In this document: positions 57,284 through 64,000 of the stretch, piece by piece
How the letters are laid out: the number at the start of each line of letters is the position of its first letter
How positions within the stretch are numbered: the stretch's first letter is position 1
Origin: the human T2T-CHM13v2.0 reference genome, Homo sapiens
Assembly (NCBI RefSeq): GCF_009914755.1
Contig: NC_060938.1
DNA: 64,000 nt
Strand: one strand, 5' to 3'
Made by a program: the position numbers and the translations under genes
The notes under the pieces: model-generated
Told to the model about the DNA's origin: nothing
Seen by the model: the letters and a program-made list of their open reading frames with translations, nothing else
Databases searched by the model: none

Positions 57284-58463
57284 CTAGTTTTTTGTTCCAT
57301 TTATCTTTTGTATTTCTTATTTAATTTTGTTCTGATCTTTGTTATGTCTTTCTTCTGCTGGGTTTGGGTTTGGTTTTGGTTTGTTCTTATTTCTCTAGAT
57401 TCTCAAGGTGTGAGCTTAGATTGTCTATTTGTGCTCTTTCAGAGTTTTGATGTAGGTATTTAATGCTGTAAACTTTTCCTTTAGCACTGTTTTTGCTGTA
57501 TCCCAGAGGTTTTGATAAGTTGTGTCACTATTATTGTTCAGCTCATATAATTTTTTAAATTTCCATTTGATTTCATTATTGGCCCAAAGATCATTCAAGA
57601 GCAGATTATATAATTTCCTTGTATTTGTATAGTTTAGGGTATAGAATAAACCCTAAATTTATAAATATATATATATATTTATATATTAAACTATACTATT
57701 TTATATATATAAATTATACTATTTATATATTAAACTAAACTAATAAACTATACTATTTGTATAGTTTAGGGTATAGTTTAGTGTATAGAATAAACCCCTT
57801 TGGAGTTAATTTCCAGTTTTATTCTACTGTGGTCTGAGAGGATATTTGATGTAATTTCTATTTTCTTAAATTTATTAAGACTTATTTTGTGATCTATCAT
57901 ATGATCCATCTTGGAGAATGGATCCATCTCGGAGAATCCATGCTGAAAAAAGAATGTATATCCTGCAGCTATTGGGTAGAATGTTCTGTAAATATCTGTT
58001 AAGTCCATTTGTTCTAGGTTATAGTTTAAGTCCATAGTTTATTTGTTGACTTTCTGTCTTGGTGACCTGTTTAGTGCTGTCAGTGGAGTATTGAAGTCCC
58101 CCACTATTATTGCATTGCCATCCATCTCATTTCTTTGGTCTAGTAGTAATTGTTTTATAAATTTGCGATTGTCAGTGTTAGCTGCATATATATTCAGGAT
58201 TATGATATTTTCCTGTTGGACTAGTCCTTTTATCATTATATAATATCCATCTTTGTCTTTTTAACTGTTGTTGCTTTACAGTTTGTTTTGTCTGATATAA
58301 GAACAGCTACTCCTTCTCACTTTTGGCTTCCATTTGTGTGGACTACCTTTTTCCACCCCTTTACCTTAAGTTTATGTGAATCTTTTATGTGTTAGGTAAA
58401 TCTCTTGAAGACAGCAGAAACTTGGTTGGTGAATTCTTATGCATTCTGCCATTCTGTGTCTTC

Positions 58464-59668
<1,205 letters not shown>

Positions 59669-62600
59669 CTGTATCTTCTAAGTGGAGCATTTAGGCTATT
59701 TACATTCAATGTTAGTATTGAGATGTGAGGTATTGTTCCATTCATCATGTTAATTGTTGCCTTAATACTTTTTTTTTCTCTGTTGTGTTTAGGCCCTGTG
59801 AGATTTATGCTTTAAGAAGGTTCTATTTTTGTGTATTTTGAGGTTTTGTTTCAAGATTTAGAATTCCTTTTAGCATTTCTTGTAGTTCTGACTTAGTAGT
59901 GACAAAATCTCTCTGTTTCTTTGTCTGAAAAATACTTTCTCTCTCCTTTATTTGTGAAGCTTAGTTTCACTGGATACAAAATCCTTGGCTGACAATTATT
60001 TTGTTGCAGGAGGCTGAAGATGGGACCTAATCCCTGTGGCCTGTAAGGTTTCTGCTGGGAAGTCTGCTGTCAATCTGATAAGTTTTCCTTTATAGGTTAT
60101 CTGATGATTTTTGTCTCACAGCTCTTAAGATTCTTTCCTTTGTCTTGACTTTAGATAACCTGATGACTAAGTGCCTAAGTGATTATCTTTTTGTGATGAA
60201 TTTCCCAGGTGTTCTTTGAGCTTCTTGTATTTGGATGTCTAGATATCTAGCAAGGCCAGGGAAGTTTTTCTCAATTATTCCCTCAAATAAGTTTTCCAAA
60301 CTTTTAGATTTTTCTTCTACCTCGGCAACACCAATTAGTCTTAGGTTTGGCTGTTTAACATAATCCCAAATTTCTTGGAGGCTTGGTTCATTTTTTAAAA
60401 TTCCTTTTTCTTTGTCTTTCTCTGGTTGGGTTAATGTAAAAGCCTTGTCTTTGAGCTCTAAAGTTATTTCTTCTATTTGTTCTAGTCTATTGTTGAAAAT
60501 TTCCATTGTATTTTGTAATTCTCTAAGTGTGTCTTTTATTTCCAGAAGTTGTGATTGCTTTTTCTTTATGATATCTATTTCTCTGTAAAATTTTTCATCC
60601 ATATCCTGCATTTTAAAAAAAATTTCTGAGTTGGTTTTCACCTTTCTTTGGTATCTCCTTTAATAGTTTAATAGTCAACATTCTAAATTCTGTATCTGGC
60701 AATTCAGAGATTTCTTCTTGGTTTGGATCCATTGCTAGGGAGCTGTTGTGATTTTTTTGGGGTATTATGGAATCCTGTTTTTTCATTTTACCAGAATTAC
60801 TTTTCTGGTTCCTTATCATTTTATCATTTGGGTAGACTATTTCAGTGGAAAGGTCTGAAACTCAAGGTCTGCTGTTCAGATTCTTTTGTTTCATGGGGTG
60901 ATCCCTTGATGTGGTGCTCTTCCCATTCCCCTGGGGTGGGGCTTCTTGAGAGCTGGATTGCAGTGATTGTTATCGCTCTTCTGGGTCTAGTCACCCAGTG
61001 GGGCTTCCAGGCTCCAGGCTGGTGCTAAAGGATGTCTGCAGAGTCCTGTGATGTGATCAATCTTCAGGTCTCCCAGCCTTGGATACCAGTACCTGCTCTG
61101 GTAGATGTGGGAGGAAAGTGAAGTAGACTCTGTGAGAGTCCTTGGTTGTATATATGTTTAGTGTGCTGGCTTTCTTGAATGCTGGTCATGCTAGCAGTGA
61201 AGTTGTCACATGGACATACTCAGAAGCTTGGATTTGTCAGGATGTTGCAGGCAGTGGAGTTAGATGTTATCTTCTTCCTGGGATCAGGGTTATTCTGTCA
61301 TGAATTGCTGTAATGGCCTGAGTTGGTTGGCCTTCAGCCAGGAGGTAGTGCTTTCAAGAGACCACTAGCAGTGGTGGTAGTAGTAGCAGGCTCTAAGATT
61401 GCCCTAAGATAGCCAGGGTAAGTATTTTGGTTTCTCAGGCAATGGGCATGGCCATAAAGCTCCCAAGAGTTTCTATCTTTTATATTTGGCTACCAGGGTG
61501 GGGAGGGAAATTCCATTAGGTGGGGGTAGAGGTAGGCAGATCTGGGCTCAGCTTATCCTTTGGTGGGGCTTGCTATGGCCACTGTGGGGATGGAGGGATT
61601 GTGGTTCTTTGGCCAATGGGATTATGTTCCAGAGGGGGTTAGTTCCAGAGTGCTGCCTCCGCTGTATCATATAGTTTGCCAGGGAAGTAGAGGAAAGCTG
61701 GTAGCGAGAGGCCTCACCAAGCTCCCATGGAGTTGGTAAGGCTGGTCTCACTCCTGCAGTGCCTTGCTCAGACCTTACCCCAGGCCATGTGCTACCCCAC
61801 TGAGAAAGCAGTTATGGCTTTCAGATCTCACCCTTCCCCACCTGCCCACTCTGTCGGCTGCTCCTGCACTCATACCTGCAGCAGCTCCCACTCATCCCCC
61901 AAACTTTGCTCAATAAAATTTGTACACAGTTGAAACCACTACCAATTTCAGTTGGGAGCCTCCTTTGCCTTGTGACCCCTCCCCAATTCCACTGGCTGCC
62001 TGTCCCAAGGGCCTTTCTTGTATATAGTCAAGAATGGCTTCCCTAGGCTCGAGCTGGATACTGGGAGTACCTGCAAGGCACTTTCCTGATGCTACTTCTA
62101 CTTTTATATTTTGCACTACTCTCTAAATTCATTTCTTCTCTAGGTAAGGTTAAATCCTTCTCCCATAATCTGGATTTTCAGATTCCCCAGGAGGAATGTG
62201 TATTTGGAGGCTGGTTTTCCCCCGTCACACTCTGGGAACTCACAGCTTTTCACCATTTCATGGAATTTGCATCAGTGTACTGCCTCTTTCAAAGGATCTG
62301 TGAATTCTTTTGGTTTTCCTGATACATTCCTCTGGTGGTTCTTGGAGCAAAAGATTACAGTGTGAGTCTCCACACGCTCTTCCATCTGTCCATGTGGAAG
62401 CTGCATGTTAGCCCTGTCTCCTAACCACCATCTTCCTATCTACCCATAGGGTGGGCTGTTTTCTTGCCTTTTCTAGCTTGCAAAGCTTGCTGCATACCTT
62501 GGCTCAGACCTCGCGTCACTCCAGCCTCTGCTTCCATCATCACGTCTTGTTCTCTATCTTTGACTTGCTTATTCCCTTCTTTCTCTTTTCAGGACCCTTA

Positions 62601-62993
62601 TGATTATATTGGGCCCACCCAGATAATCCAGGACAACATCTCCATCTCAAGATCCTACTGAATCTCATCTGCCATGTAAGATTACATATTTACAGTGCCA
62701 GGGATTGGGATGTGGATATCTTGGAGGCCATTACTTATCCTACCACAGTTGGGTTGCTTCTTACTGACTTTCTCCTGTGCTGACAATTTGGTTGCAGTTG
62801 TGTGTCTCTGCAATTACCATCATCTATCTGCTATTCATCCTCTACAGTCACTTATCTTCTGTTGTCTTTTCTCCCATTCCCTGTTTTTGTGGATTTATAG
62901 GTTTTACAAACTTTTACTATCATTTTGAAGTATGTTCAACTTTGGTTTTTAACAGGAACTCCTCACTTATTTTACATAATCTGAGATGCACAG

Positions 62994-63318
62994 TGTCTTA
63001 GTCTGTTTGTGTCGCTATAACAAAATGTCTGAGACTGGATAATTTATGAAGAACAGAGATTATAAATAAATATGAGAGGCTGGGAAATCCAAGAATAAGT
63101 CAGTTATCTGGTGAGGGCCCTGCATCTTCTGGAGGGAAGAAATGCTCTGCTCTCACATGGTGAAAGGTGGAGGAGCAAGAGACAAAATGCTATATGAAGC
63201 CTTATAAAATAAGGGCCTTAATTCCATTCATGAGGAAGGAGCCCTTGAGACCTAACTTCTTAATATTATCACATTGGCAACACCTAAATTTTGGAGGAAA
63301 TATATTCAAACCATAGCA
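62994..63318 (-). mobile_element. MaLR MSTC/D-like LTR inserted in a MIR
   Basis: tgtcttagtctgtttgtgtcgctataacaaaa...attcaaaccatagca. Confidence 0.85.
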
Positions 63319-64000
63319 TAGATAATTTACGTGACTTGCTCAAGGTCATAGAGATAATTAATGGCAGGAATAAAAAGCAGGTGTGCAAGACTCTCAGGTT
63401 ATTTAACAGTCTTTTAAAAACTATATATGCTGCTTCCCCACCCCAATGGCCCAAGCTTTCTAAGTATGAGCTAAAGAAACTATATTGATGCAACTAGGAG
63501 AAAAGATAAGAAATTTTTACTTATGGGCCTCCATGTTTGCAGACTCTCCAAGATAAGGGTCATAATAACTAATATTCACTGAGCGCTCATCATGTGCCAT
63601 TCTGTCTTCTAAAAGCTCTATTTCTTGTGACAACCTTATGAAATATGTGCTTATATGATCCTTATTTTTCAGGTAGGCAATGAAAGCAAAAAGAAATTCA
63701 TTTACTTGCATAGATTGTATAGGAATTACATAGATTGTTTAGAAAGGATGTGACAGAGAACATATTTGAAGGCAAGCATTCTGGCTCCAGAAACTTTGCT
63801 TTTGATTGCTATCCAAGGTTGGAGCCCTAATAAAGGATGGGAGAAGTAGACAATGCAGTCTACTTTCATATACCCAGTGCTTTAGTAAAACTGGATTAGA
63901 AGTTCTTCCTGTACACATTTTGTAATTTCTCAACTCTATACCTTGAGTCATACATTTCTCTTTGCTCAAAATGCCTTTCCTTCCAAATACTTTATATGCT

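Noticed and set aside
57634-57771. TTAGGG hexamers as an interstitial telomere insertion
   Set aside because: Only two isolated copies, explained by local duplication.

Overview
Primate (ape/human-like) non-coding DNA, either a large intron or intergenic, dominated by transposable elements. No conventional protein-coding exon, RNA gene or CRISPR array was recognised, and I found no new multi-gene system. Main landmarks: (1) the 5' 2.8 kb of a young L1PA2/late-L1PA3-type LINE-1 on the minus strand, with ORF1 broken by one CpG nonsense change, ORF2 frameshifted, and an open antisense ORF0 whose promoter points into the window; (2) a solo MER11C-type ERVK LTR; (3) a full-length, dead HSMAR2 mariner carrying a 5'-inverted L1, which itself carries an AluYe-type element; (4) a four-level nest, HAL1 > MLT1 LTR > near full-length L1PB > two Alus plus an HMGN2 processed retrocopy with an intact 90-codon ORF. 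The best leads are the HMGN2 retrocopy with three clustered substitutions that create an SPxK motif, a pair of strong minus-strand candidate exons downstream of an MSTA LTR, several locally templated fold-back insertions, and repeat-free TAAT-rich blocks that may be enhancers. Repeat subfamilies were assigned from remembered consensus sequences, without RepeatMasker. Boundaries of old repeats are approximate, and the genomic locus was not identified.
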